Shown here: one piece after another, positions 51,700 through 64,000 of the stretch | Layout of the letters: every line of letters begins with the position of its first letter | Position numbering within the stretch: the first letter of the stretch is position 1 | From: Negaprion brevirostris | Taxonomy: Eukaryota | DNA: 64,000 nt | Direction: 5' to 3' | NCBI GenBank assembly: GCA_030324005.1 | Contig: JARDVH010000084.1 | Span: 93,112,417 to 93,176,416 of the forward strand | Program-made: the position numbers and the translations under genes | Notes under the pieces: model-generated | What the model saw: only the letters and a program-made list of their open reading frames with translations | The model's database searches: none | What the model was told of the DNA's origin: nothing

Positions 51700-54010
51700 A
51701 GTGAAGAAAAACATCGACTTTATATAGTACAGGTTCATTCAAAAAGCAGGAAAGATGTTGTTCTCAAATCGGTTGGTCCAACGGAAGAAGGTAGAAGAGA
51801 GTATGTCCAGGGAGCGTGGGGTGCTTGATTCGGCTGGCTGCTTTCCGGAGGCAGTGAGAAATGTAGACCGAATCAATGATAAGAGGCTAAACTGAGTGAT
51901 GGACTGTTCTTCGCTCACAATCCTTTCTCATTCCTTGTCGTCTTGGTCAGAACAAGAGTCATTTCAACCTATTATACTTCCAGATAGGATGGTTTCTATG
52001 GTGCATCTGTAATAAATGGTGAGAGTCGTAGTGGACATAACCGAATTTCCTTCGCCTTCTGAGAATGTCGAGGTGTTGTCTTTTTTTTTAAATAATTTTG
52101 CCGGAGGGAACAAGGAAGATTGTTAGTAGTCTGAACGCCAAGTAACTTAAAGCTTTCGACTGTTGCCATTTCCGCGTCATCGATGAAGAGAACGGCATGC
52201 CTATCCCTACGTTTCTTGAAATTCATGAGTATGTAATTATCTACTGACATTGAGGGATAGACCATTGCACGTTTTCCCCAGATTGTCTAGCTCTTCCCCT
52301 TACTCCATCAGGTCGTTATTTGAGATCTTATCCAATACAGTGGTGTCATCAGCAAAGCTGAAGGATGAGTTGGAACATAATTTCGCCATGTACTCGTAAG
52401 TGTTTGAGGACTATATTAAGGGGCTGAGAATGGAGGTGTGTGGGGATCTGGTTTTCAAGATAATCATCGAGGGGGTGAGTTAATTGTCCTTGCAGACTGT
52501 GGTGTCTGGGTTCAGAGGTTGAAGACCCAGTCACAGCTGGAGGCTCAACGGCATTGGCCACAAAANNNNNNNNNNNNNNNNNNNNNNNNNNNNNNNNNNN
52601 NNNNNNNNNNNNNNNNNNNNNNNNNNNNNNNNNNNNNNNNNNNNNNNNNNNNNNNNNNNNNNNNNNNNNNNNNNNNNNNNNNNNNNNNNNNNNNNNNNNN
52701 NNNNNNNNNNNNNNNNNNNNNNNNNNNNNNNNNNNNNNNNNNNNNNNNNNNNNNNNNNNNNNNNNNNNNNNNNNNNNNNNNNNNNNNNNNNNNNNNNNNN
52801 NNNNNNNNNNNNNNNNNNNNNNNNNNNNNNNNNNNNNNNNNNNNNNNNNNNNNNNNNNNNNNNNNNNNNNNNNNNNNNNNNNNNNNNNNNNNNNNNNNNN
52901 NNNNNNNNNNNNNNNNNNNNNNNNNNNNNNNNNNNNNNNNNNNNNNNNNNNNNNNNNNNNNNNNNNNNNNNNNNNNNNNNNNNNNNNNNNNNNNNNNNNN
53001 NNNNNNNNNNNNNNNNNNNNNNNNNNNNNNNNNNNNNNNNNNNNNNNNNNNNNNNNNNNNNNNNNNNNNNNNNNNNNNNNNNNNNNNNNNNNNNNNNNNN
53101 NNNNNNNNNNNNNNNNNNNNNNNNNNNNNNNNNNNNNNNNNNNNNNNNNNNNNNNNNNNNNNNNNNNNNNNNNNNNNNNNNNNNNNNNNNNNNNNNNNNN
53201 NNNNNNNNNNNNNNNNNNNNNNNNNNNNNNNNNNNNNNNNNNNNNNNNNNNNNNNNNNNNNNNNNNNNNNNNNNNNNNNNNNNNNNNNNNNNNNNNNNNN
53301 NNNNNNNNNNNNNNNNNNNNNNNNNNNNNNNNNNNNGTTATGACGTGCAGACATTGTCCGAATCGATGGGTGTTCAGGTGGCTAGACTGAAGCTCTAGCT
53401 TGGTGTGGTATTGCCAGTTGCCATTTCTGATGGTTGTGCATCGATCATATCCGATATTCTGGTTTCTTGTTGGCACACAGTTTTCTACGTACTTGCTAAT
53501 GCATTCAGCCACTGTGGTGCTATCCGCATTTAGGATGATCGTTCAGTTGATGAATAGGGGCAACTGACTCAAAACGCTTGTGCAGGGGTTCATCCATTAT
53601 TTTTCAAAATTGCACATTATCTTGATCGACTCCTTCCTTCACTACTTGCTTGTAAGCTGAAGGCAGGAGCGCAAAAGATGTGCTCTGGTTTGACAAAGTA
53701 TGGGCGGGAAATAGAGCGGTAGACATATCTGACGTTTTGTAGCAATGGTCGAGGATGTTTGGGCGAATGGTGGAGCAGGAGATGTTTGATTATATCTTGG
53801 TAGGACGCTGTTGTGATTAGCCTGATTGACATCAACAGCCACGGTGAACAAACCTTGGAATATTTTGCCTGATTGATACGTGTTGTGGTATATATTTCAG
53901 TGAGCACAGTATTCACATCCACATGTGGACGATACTAAACTGATTTGAGGATAACAGCGAGACCGAAGTATTTCTTAGTCTTAATATGGTAAGTAGCAGA
54001 TGCCATAGTT
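51700..54010 (-). mobile_element. Rex/Babar-like LINE, degenerate, with an internal gap
   Basis: VESFKLLGVQTTNNL, FADDTT (cagctttgctgatgacaccac) and ECISKYVENCVPT. Confidence 0.75.
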
Positions 54011-54164
54011 CACGTCTTGTATGATGTCCAGCAGGACTAACTAGACTAGCAAGGACACATTTTGCTTTTACTTACAGCTGACATGATGTGCCTGGAGAAA
54101 GGGACAACTTTACGCTCAGCTTCTCGGAGGCTCATTGCGTATCAATTATTATTGTAAAAATATA

Positions 54165-54460
54165 GGGCCACACGTGGCACAGTTTTTATCACTGCTGCCA
54201 CTCAGCGCCAGACACAAGGTTCAATTTCTCCCTCGGGTTCTCCCTTTGCCTGCATGGGTTTCCTCCGGGGGCTATGGTTTATTTTCCCAGCACAAAGATG
54301 TGCCGTTCGCTTTGAGTAATCATGAAAATTCCACTTAGAGACAGGGGGATTAGCAGTTTAATTAACTGGGTAAGCCGGATTAGTGCCAGGTTGGGTTTGT
54401 TGTTGATGCAGGCTCGATGGGCATAGTGGCTTCCTTCTGCATTGTGGGGCTTCTAAGCTT
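54165..54460 (+). mobile_element. Decayed HE1-related SINE
   Basis: gggccacacgtggcacagt...cactgctgcc...gggtttcctccggg...cacaaagatgtgc. Confidence 0.75.
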
Positions 54461-54918
54461 AGCTGCTTAGTGCACTGAACTCAAAATGTGTTCGCTATTT
54501 CACGTTCTAATTGTTTGAGTTAAACATTAATACATTGTCAAGATTTGAACTCTACATCCAATTTGCCAAGTGAGTCTAGCCAACACAAGTATTTACCTTT
54601 TTCATGCAGTAATTAGCCTGCATTTCAGGTAAGCATTTATGAACCAATGAGGATTGTTTGCTTTCAACTACCAATATTGTGAGCCTCTGTAATGCAACTT
54701 TATTGGTATAGTACTTTTAGTGGTTTGAGTGTTTCGATGTACATACGATCATTTGTGAAGGAAATAAAGCAATTTCATGGGCTCAACGGGATATGGAGCA
54801 AATGGACAAAATTTTGCTTACACCATATCTAAAGATAACTTTTAGCTGTGAGACAAACTGACAAAATTATACATCGTCGATGAATGGATATCATTTGATG
54901 ATATAACTTGATTTTCAC

Positions 54919-55007
54919 CTGTTTCAAAACCATTGAAAGAAGCAAGGCCAGAGCGCAAATCATCTTTGCGAAAGCAACATAACATTTAAACAAGAGATTC
55001 AGACGTT
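54919..55007 (-). pseudogene. Transmembrane-like exon, unit C
   Basis: Phase-1 acceptor actttgtag|AA. Reads ERLNLLFKCYVAFAKMICALALLLSMVLKQ. The donor position is uncertain. Confidence 0.4.
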
Positions 55008-55389
55008 CTACAAAGTTTTAAGCCATATAATTGACAAAACTGAAAATTGACAAAGCAAATGCATCATGGGGAAGTGAAAAAAAAATACTAAAATGGACAT
55101 AAACTTGTGAAAGAGATAAGAATCTATACAAAAAACTACTTCCCGTTACTTAGAAAGAAAAGGCTAACAAGAAGCATTATATAATTCACTTGAAATATAT
55201 GCCTGTTTTAACACAAACAAATTTAAGTAATGTTTCTATGCCTCGATGACACTATGACTAAACTAAATTAAGTTAATATTCTGCAACAAGAATTGGTAGA
55301 AAGGAAAATATTTTACATTCATTCAGACTGAAACAATTACTGAAACTCGTCAATCTGAGCGTTGAAAAGGCAATAGCATAGTAACTTAG

Positions 55390-55754
55390 TATTTTGACCT
55401 GAACGATTAACACAATACAAGGATGATGTTGTTTCAATCCAAGATCTTTACAGGAAGTAATCGTAACATAAACTGAGAAATTATAGCAAACATGTCCGAA
55501 TTTCTTGAAGTTTATGAATTATAGTCTGGTAGTGAATAATTGAAACGTAATATCATTACTTGAGGACAGTGGGGCCGACATCATAAAATGAATTTAATTT
55601 AAATTGGGGGAGATATTTTGCAGCTAGAAATAAGTTCTAGTACTGAGAACTTCTGGGACATTTGAACTGAGCAGTGGGGCCTGTATGGATTGCAAACACT
55701 TTGTGAAGAATAATAAATTTCCTGACAAGTTAACTAAATATTCTCAGCAGGGTG
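55390..55754 (-). pseudogene. Decayed membrane-proximal Ig exon, unit C
   Basis: Strong phase-1 acceptor tttctgtttgtgtttctag|CA. Reads PC*EYLVNLSGNLLFFTKC-x23-*(W)LQNISPNL and FQLFTTRL*FINFKKF...YNF, matching 12.6 kb. Confidence 0.5.
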
Positions 55755-56051
55755 CTAGAAACACAAACAGAAAGCATAACATAATCAACTAGAATGCAAC
55801 AGCGAAGGTTCATGCGTACGAATTTGTTCGATTGACATCCAAGCTGAAGGAAGCATCATTTGGTGCATGAAAACCTCAATCATAAATACTTTATATCAAC
55901 AGATTAAATCTTTTCAGTTTCTAGCACCCTGCTGAGAATATTTAGTTAACTTGTCAGGAAATTAATTATTCTTCAAAAAGTATTCGAAATCCATACAGGC
56001 TCCACAGCTCACTTCAAATGTCCCAGATGTTCTCAGTACAAGCACTTATTT
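55628..56051. repeat. 135-bp inverted repeat with 154-bp spacer
   Basis: Arms 55628-55762 and 55917-56051, with 11 substitutions and no indels by manual alignment. Confidence 0.95.
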
Positions 56052-56289
56052 ATATTTCTTGGTGCCTCGTTGACATATGATGCAAAACAAAAGAAGAGAT
56101 ATGTGCATGCAATGGCGCATGTGGTTTAATTCTAACAATTCGCTTTGCTGGTGAATGAATGCAGAAATAGCACGGTCGTGAACGCTCTAGAAATTAATGA
56201 CAATTTACTCGGTCTCGTTGTCCGAAACCTAGTTACGGAAGATCTGATCTCTGATTGCCTCGAGAAAATGTTGTTCTCGGAAAGTATTG

Positions 56290-57085
56290 GTCAATGAGGC
56301 CATCATTTCCCAACCTTCCTCCCATATTCTTTGATCGCTTTTTCCTCAAGAGTTATATCTACTTTTTCCTTAAATCAGGCAATATTTAGATCTCAACTAC
56401 ACTCGGCGACAGCGAGTTCTACACATTAACCAGCCTCCGGGTGAAGAAATTTCGACCCACCTCCGATCTAAATGGTTTACCCGTTACCCCCAAACAATGA
56501 CCGCTAGCTCTCGGCTTCCCCACCATTGGGAACACTATTTCAGAATCTACGTTGTCGAACCATGTTAGATTTTTATACATTTCTATAACATCTTCTCTCA
56601 GCCTTCCAAACCCAGTTCATGTATTATCGACAGACTGAGCCTCTCCTCATATGACCGATCTGCCATTCCAGAAATCTGCCTGGTAAACCTTCCCTAAACT
56701 CCCTCTATAGCAAGGATATTCTTCCTCAGATAAGGACACCAGCAATGCGCACAATGCTCCAGGTTGGGCTTCACCAACAGCCTATAAAATTACAGCAAAA
56801 CACCCCTGTTCCTATACTCAAATCGTCTCGCTATGAAGGCCAACATACCATTTACTTTCCTTACTGCCTGCTGTACCTGCACTCTTACTTCCAGCGACAG
56901 ATGCACAAGGAGTCCCTCTCCACCTCTCTCAATTTATACCCATTCAAGTCACAATCTATCTTGCTATTATTGCTGCCAAAGTAGATATCCTCATTCATCC
57001 AAATTATTCCGCATCTGCCATGCAAATGTCACGCCGCCAGCCTGTCCAAATCGCGGCGAAGCATATCGGCATCCTCCTCACATAT
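56290..57085 (-). mobile_element. CR1 LINE 3' fragment
   Basis: Nearly collinear with 13790-14430 (ttcctcagataaggacacc..., ctatgaaggc). Confidence 0.85.
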
Positions 57086-57177
57086 GTTTCAGCCATGACC
57101 CTGCTCTAATCATGTGGTAAGAAGGCGAGATACTCTCTGATGATTCAATGAAAGCTAACATCATTCACAAATTCTCA

Positions 57178-57650
57178 CGTATTGAACCCATATTGTGGAG
57201 CAGGCGAGGAAACATGGAGACTCTTTTTTTTAAGCAGCAAGTGTATTAACTGTCATTACCATCGCCGGTGTTCAGAGTTCAGAGTGCAGACTTTGGTTTA
57301 TTTTAAGGTGAACTTGTGTTTGCTTATTATCGTTTTGTTGTTGCATACAGATGCCGTTACAAACAACGTTGAATTGTGACCCAGTTGAGCGTCTTCTCGA
57401 ATCTAAAACGTCACGATCTTACCGCAAAGGAAATTTCTGACGGCGTCCTTACGCTAGACCAGGAAAACCTCAGAAAATAAGTAATGGGAAGATAAGTTCC
57501 GTGCGACGTACAAACACGCGGTCTACTTTTTTTTTTAAAGAAAACTACGCGTGAAGAAGGAGCGTCACAAGGAAACTTCATGGACAATTTTGAATGAACA
57601 CCAGGCGAGTTACTGCATCTATTGGTGAGCAATGATTTTGCACCAGTGAA
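57178..57650 (-). pseudogene. Decayed Ig-like exon, unit C
   Basis: LSMKFPCD...LRFSW, VHLKIN, NDS*YTCC and donor-like AC|gtgaga. Confidence 0.45.
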
Positions 57651-58839
57651 GAACCAGGAGGATATAATAGTCGGTGTAAAACTATAACTTAGTTGTGACT
57701 CGTGCAGCCACATCCAGAGGGAAATGGAAATTGGCTTCAAGACTGAGTGCATTTAAAAGCACAGCAGAGTGAAAACCATATTGCAAGGTTTAAATAGTAC
57801 CATATTTTCTGATTGAGTTCATATTGTTATGGTTCAGGTTGGAACTCCGAAGTGTTCTACGGAGTCCACCTAGAACATAAGTTTTGCATTTTGAATTTGG
57901 CAAGGATAAACATGATTGCAGTGACCTGCTGTGGAGCTTATATCAAGCAAAGTCATTTAACAATATAGTTAATATCTATAGAAAGAAAATTAGCAAGAAC
58001 TTCTATCAATTACAAACAAGATACCTAAAGTGACATTAAATTTTACAGCCCTTAACAAATATATTTAATGTCTTCGAACCTAAACCAAAATCCNNNNNNN
58101 NNNNNNNNNNNNNNNNNNNNNNNNNNNNNNNNNNNNNNNNNNNNNNNNNNNNNNNNNNNNNNNNNNNATCCAAAACAATACCGATCTGGGAACGCCATTT
58201 CTTTTTAGCGTTCTGGTACTTCTAACCTTAAACATTGCTACAGCCAAACAAAAACTGATACCTTAGACACACTCAACAAAGTACTGTTCAAAGCAAATGA
58301 CTGCTTCTTAACAATGAAAAATCATAAAATCAATCCCAAAGTAAACACAAACAGCCCAATTTAAGACACTTATGTAGCAATAAAACGACATTTCCAGTCG
58401 AGCTAGCAAGAGTAACATCTCTGAAGCTGTGAGCTAAGACACGACTGAAGCGGAGAGATCTGCAGAAATGACGATTGTTTAAAACAAATATAGAAATACT
58501 AACTTCACAATGCATACGCTCAAATTGCTTACACTCATTACAGTCATGCCGAATGTGGCCATTTAGTCATTTTACCTCCAGTATCTATACTAAATCTACT
58601 TTTTTTTGTTGTTTTTGAATTTATTTCCATGGCCCATGCACTTGATTGTTTACGAATTTCATTATTACGACTACTGTGATCTATCAAGTAAAGATTTGTT
58701 ATTAATCATTTCCAAACTCTCATAATCGGGGTCATAACAACACAGCGATGTGCGCCCACTACTTATAGACATTGATCATCTCCAGCAAAACGAAAAACAC
58801 ACCATCTCCATTTGTCATGAATCTCTGAAGTTTCCGTCT

Positions 58840-59260
58840 TCAACGCATGGTTTACCGTTTTCTGAGAAACAAACTACAACAGGCATACAAAGACGATACG
58901 ATTGTGCCACATAATGGGAATTGTGAAGACTTTTTCCAGCGCACTCAATCCCAAATATCTATGCGAAATCTACAAGCTACAAATCAGGAATATGAAGGAA
59001 TATATTCCATTTTATTTGATGAATGGACCATCAACATGACTGAACAGATCTCAACAACCCACAAGAAAATCTACAGTCTACAACATCAGAGCTCCATCTA
59101 ACAACATATTCACCACTGATACACATTTGTAGCACATGTGTTATGTGTCCATGATTCAACGCATCAACTCTAATTTCATAGCGTTTTCCAATTCTGCAAA
59201 TTTTACTATCGAGATAAGAGGGTTAGATGACATATGACATCCAACAACATTTCATTTCCC
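58840..59260 (+). mobile_element. Very old L2/CR1-group LINE 3' fragment
   Basis: Weak collinear similarity to 24270-24660. Confidence 0.5.
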
Positions 59261-59469
59261 CATTCCTCCTCGTTTTTCACAAGCATGAATTTAGCTATTT
59301 ATGGAAAATTGTGGTTTGGCACTGAGCAGGAACCAATAAGTTTAACGCGAGAATCGGAACGTCTGAAATCATATGGTTAATTTATTGCAAAACACCTACA
59401 GCCAGGTTAGGATTGAACACTTTACAATAATTTAATCTTAACCTTAATTTCAGACCTAATTGGGGACAA

Positions 59470-59820
59470 ATATGCACCGGACTGACGTGAGATTCATGTT
59501 CACGTAATTAGTTCAAAATAGTTTCTCGAGAGAGGTGCATGGTTTAGTTATATGAATGTCAAATAATATGAATATATGCGGTCTTAATAAACAACGGAGA
59601 CAAACAAACGAGAACGTATCATTTCCAGACATAGCTTTACCTTGGGATTGCGATTGTTGCGTGAATTCGATGACAAGGGGAAATTGTCGAATTCCAGATA
59701 TGTTGCACGCAAGAAAGCGAACCACAGATTCGATCGCCAGAATCATAGATAAAATGAATAGGTAGGGACGTATTTGGCGAGATTGCGGTTTTTCTTTAAC
59801 TAGGAAGGGCAGTACTTTAA
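59470..59820 (-). pseudogene. Ig-like exon, open except a stop at the second Cys position
   Basis: Phase-1 acceptor cgttttgcag|TT. Reads ESVVRFLACNISG...VIEF...FDIHITK...EKLF*(TGA), with 63 aa between the first Cys and the stop. An internal phase-1 donor CAAG|gtaaag at 59641 could give a 180-bp exon. Confidence 0.45.
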
Positions 59821-59978
59821 CTGCAAAACGGCAATTTATGTTTTGCATTACATTTCTCACTTCTTCATGTAAACCATTTTAAGTTACTACTGGTTAGTAA
59901 TTCAAGTAAGCACCATGTATAAATGCAATAAATCAGGGGAAGAAAAATGTAAATGGCGGAGACGTGAATGTGTCATAC

Positions 59979-60250
59979 CTGAAGTAAATGAAAGCCAGTA
60001 CACTCCTATGTGATCCATAACAACATCTGCAGTCGGCAAGTTCTGCTTGTCGAACTTCAGCTCTAATCGGAGATGGAAACACTGAGGCAACGGAGAGGCG
60101 AGATTTTAATTGAACAATTGTTCGGGGGCCGGGGGGCGGTGTAGTTACCTCAGGCAAGTTATTTGAAAAGTGACAGAACCAGCAATCCAAAATATACCAC
60201 TGTAGAAAATTAACCTATCTGATATTTTCAACAGCCTTGACCTGCGTGTA
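59979..60250 (-). pseudogene. Decayed Ig-like exon
   Basis: WF...KSRLSV...EVRQAELADCRCCY and donor CAG|gtatga at 59979. Confidence 0.35.
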
Positions 60251-61897
60251 TCTTTCGTTAATGACAAAACATGGAAAATGAGTCATTGACAACAAGGCGC
60301 CTGGATACGTCTAAGTTTACATGGACGTCTCTTCCAGTAGAAAGGAGTGGCAAGGCAATAATCTCCTTGGTTAAAATAGATCAGTCTTGAGTGCAATGTT
60401 ATATNNNNNNNNNNNNNNNNNNNNNNNNNNNNNNNNNNNNNNNNNNNNNNNNNNNNNNNNNNNNNNNNNNNNNNNNNNNNNNNNNNNNNNNNNNNNNNNN
60501 NNNNGAGCAAAGCCAAGGTCTTGTTCTCTGTGCCGGAGAGGAACCTTGACATACATAGTGGCAATCCAATTGTGGTTGCCAGCGTAGGCATCAATTGCAT
60601 AAGCACAAAGAAGGCGTCCTCACTCTGAGCAGAGTGGGGAGAAAATACAAACCACTGACGTCAAATTAGTATTCAACTGATTGTCTGCAGGTACAGATTA
60701 TCGCTTTGACATGGCGTAGCATGGCTCCTTCATTTTCTCTCGGATGATCCTCCTTCCCATTACCACTTGCCCTGCCCTGTCATTTATGTTTGATTTTGCG
60801 ATTTTATGTTAGTCTTGCTAATGTTAAGACTGTTTTGCAACGCGTTATCTGGACATTTTTCAGGACAGGGAAAACTGTTGTCATAATCTCATAAATGATT
60901 GCATTGATCTCATCTTCTCAGACATCGTCCAATCTTTAATAAATCAAATCCCCCTTCCTGACTATTTATGATGATAATTTCTGGGTGAATATTTTTCTCT
61001 GCGTTGTTCTGAGGAGTGTGTTTATTTACAATTCAAACAAATGATAGAGTATATTTGTTAATATAAATGTAAAATAATAAGTGGATATTACAAATGATTC
61101 ACATGGGAGATGTATAGATTTCAGTACGAATGGGCTTCATGGCTACTTAGGTTAGATGCGACGACATGCTGAATTGATCTATATGCAGTAGTATACCTTC
61201 CAGAACTTCATGTAAATAGCTACTGGGAAGAGATATTTTGCAGCAATATATGTTGTTGTAATTTTCACTGTCTGATATCATTCATGAAAACACGGAATTG
61301 TTTTACAAGACTTACAAAGTTACAGAAATTTTTTTTAAAAAGTTTATATATAAAACATATAATACTAGTTCTTGAAAGCTACTTGTGTAATAAATAAATC
61401 ACAGGAAATTAAATTAACAAATAAACTTAAGCAATGGAGATTACAATACAGAGTTACAGAAGCTAATTACAAAAAAAATTCTAATCTTAAAATGTCAAAA
61501 GAAGTTAAATATTATGAATAAAAATGAAATCTCCTTTCCAACATCACAAGTTAAACAATTTGTTCCGTGCAAAAAGGCTGAAGGTTTATCATATTCATTC
61601 ATTGAACATGTGGTCACTGAAATCAGAGAATGCAGCTGATACGTTTAATTACTAATGGGATGAGTGGTTCCACGTCAGTTATTATTATTTAATCGTGATG
61701 CCTAGCAAAACTCGTGGAACACCCATTAAGATTTTTTTTCTGCCTTGTCAATTATTGGTAATTTAATGATCATGATTTGTGACAAGCGTGTGACCAGAAA
61801 TTAGCATGAACTGGAATTGGATTAGAATTTTCATTATTTAACTAATACGCTTAAAAACTACAATCTATTTTCGAATATGTATCTAATGCATCATTTT

Positions 61898-62140
61898 CCA
61901 CGCAGTATCAAAATGATATGTGAGGCTAGCCAACATTTAGGTGTGAATGAATCTGTTGAATGGTAGTAAGGATCTATCTTATTTTCAACATTCGTCAAAT
62001 CTGCGATTGATGTGCATGGGAGAACTGTGGACAATCTTGAAAATGTCTTGCAGAAAATCACGAAAGCAGCTTCGACAGCACAATGCAGACCTAAGCTCGC
62101 CACTCCCGATGTGCTCACAAGCAGCATATAAATGAGAACA
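61898..62140 (-). pseudogene. Decayed Ig-like exon
   Basis: LVSTSGVASLGLHCAVE...ADLTNVENKIDPYYHS...HIILILRGK*. Confidence 0.4.
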
Positions 62141-64000
62141 CCAGAATCTGATGCACATCAAAACTCCACTCCATTTCAGATGGGAACAATTGTGCTTATG
62201 GATCACTGTCATTGGATGGCATTTTGGAATTCCTTTCATACCAGCACTCTTGTGTACCTGTCGCCAATGGACTGCATAAGGCGACAAATTGATAACTGAT
62301 CAATGGGGATTAGGCTAGGCTAGATTCCCACCCCACCTCCCCCCCCCCCAACAATATCCATAGTTTCATAAGGGAATCACAAAACGCGAACATTTCTAAA
62401 ATGGCTAGATGATCCTGGTAGTCACAATTGTATGTTGTTACTGCACACACACGTATTATTGTGATATCTTATACAGAAGAAATTAAGTTGCAAACAAGTG
62501 CAAACATTATATTAGTGCGCTACCTGCCAGTGCATAGCAACAAGATGAAGTTGATGGTGTACACCACCGTTTACCTTATCAATCGGTTTGGATGGTCACC
62601 AATTATCGTAACAACACCATGTAGACGCCTTACTGTATCAGCAAATCTCTGCATCATGCGACAGCATGCTGTCCCAGATCCAAAAGAGAGACTAGCGTCA
62701 TGTAATATAATGCATCAAAAGGAATACTCTTGATAGAATGAAAATAATGCAATGCTGCTTTTCAACAAGTGTTACTTTTCATTTATTCCTCAACGAAAAT
62801 GATTCACAGAAAACTGCCATCATTTTTCAGAAATACGTAATAACATGAAATGGGCAACAGGCAATGGAAAAACGGCCTTTCCCTGATACATCAGTGGCCA
62901 TTGGACAAATAGGAGCTGACCTGCATCCTAGATATTCTGCTAACCAAGTAAATGTTATTCTACTTCATTTTAGCATTGTGCGATGACAGTAAACGTGAAT
63001 CATTGTATGTATTCTACTATGGTAAAAGTAACTGTTGCAATGGTTAAATCAACAATATTGGTCCAGTGCAATAGCTTCAGCAACTTACCACTCTTTGTGG
63101 TCTGGAACCGATCCACTATACGAAAGAAAATAAATGAAAACAAGCATTGGCTGATGTTTTATCATTCCTGAAACATGAGAACAGCGCAATTTTGGAAGTG
63201 TTTAAGATTTTCACTATTAATTGTCACCTTCAATTTTATAACGAAATTTATAACGCAATTAACAGCAGCATTCCTGCGTCTTCAGAATATTATGTAATCG
63301 TTCACCTATGTGGGGGAATGCTGTAAATTTACTGGCTATACTTGTTCGTTCATCTGCTGTACAGAATAAAATAAATGCACCAACAACTATTTTCAACCTG
63401 CAGTAGTAAAGAAATGTATGATCCATGCGAAAAAAGATCCATATGTCCAGTTATCAGAATTCAAAGCATTGNNNNNNNNNNNNNNNNNNNNNNNNNNNNN
63501 NNNNNNNNNNNNNNNNNNNNNNNNNNNNNNNNNNNNNNNNNNNNNNNNNNNNNNNNNNNNNNNNNNNNNNNTGTCGTATTTTAAATGCATCAATGCACGT
63601 GTTTGATGTGTTGTATAAGTAATAATTATTGCTGGCTGTTTTAAGAGTTGATGCTGTTTTTGATGGTGACATCATTAGTTTGTCTGTGGACGAAGTTTTT
63701 TTCTTGGATTTTGTTCTTGGAGCAGCACAAAAAGCAACTCGTTAATAAAACTTGGTATGTGTTAGATTGAACCTACATGTGCAAACTAAGTTTTCATGTT
63801 TTCTGTTAAAAGCCACAACGCCTAACATAGTTTCGGNNNNNNNNNNGCAGAATAAAACTGGCAGCAAGTCGGAAATTTGATTCTTCAGAACAACATTAAA
63901 AATAAAGATCTTGTGGCTATTCAAACTCCAAATATTAGAAGACTGGCAAAAAAAATCAACAACAAAATTAAAGATGCAAGTGCCAATTCCGGGTGGACAA

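Noticed and set aside
52349-53512. Long ORFs of 269-387 aa (also 26083-26649)
   Set aside because: They consist mostly of N-gap translation.
57825-58313. Solo LTR (TG...CA)
   Set aside because: No target-site duplication and interrupted by a gap, so it cannot be supported.
58856-58861. 6-bp micro-exon on the minus strand
   Set aside because: It lies in a decayed LINE fragment.
59641-60018. Two-exon start of a type II TNF-ligand/lectin-like gene, or a CD4-like leader plus split D1 (MDHIGVYWLSFTS|VKVLPF...SQSQ)
   Set aside because: The splice sites fit, but no TNF or C-type lectin domain exon was found downstream, and both pieces read better as parts of full Ig-like exons.

Overview
Eukaryotic (vertebrate) scaffold with many N-gaps. 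HE1-type tRNA-derived SINEs plus CR1, L2-like and Rex/Babar LINE fragments point to a shark or other elasmobranch. I found no intact protein-coding gene, and most ORFs in the track are spurious or TE-derived. Hand translation of the non-repeat DNA on the minus strand shows a recurring pattern along nearly the whole window: about 25 eroded immunoglobulin-superfamily (IgSF) domain exons, four transmembrane-like exons, three paralogous 36-bp phase-1 micro-exons with canonical splice sites, and candidate leader exons. My best reading is a tandem cluster of 4-5 decayed multi-Ig type I receptor genes ([leader]-[Ig]n-[TM]-[36 bp]-tail) that I cannot assign to a named family. A 135-bp inverted duplication covers the acceptor of one Ig exon. 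All Ig calls come from manual motif reading across stops and frameshifts, with approximate boundaries where no splice site is quoted, and need HMM/BLAST confirmation.
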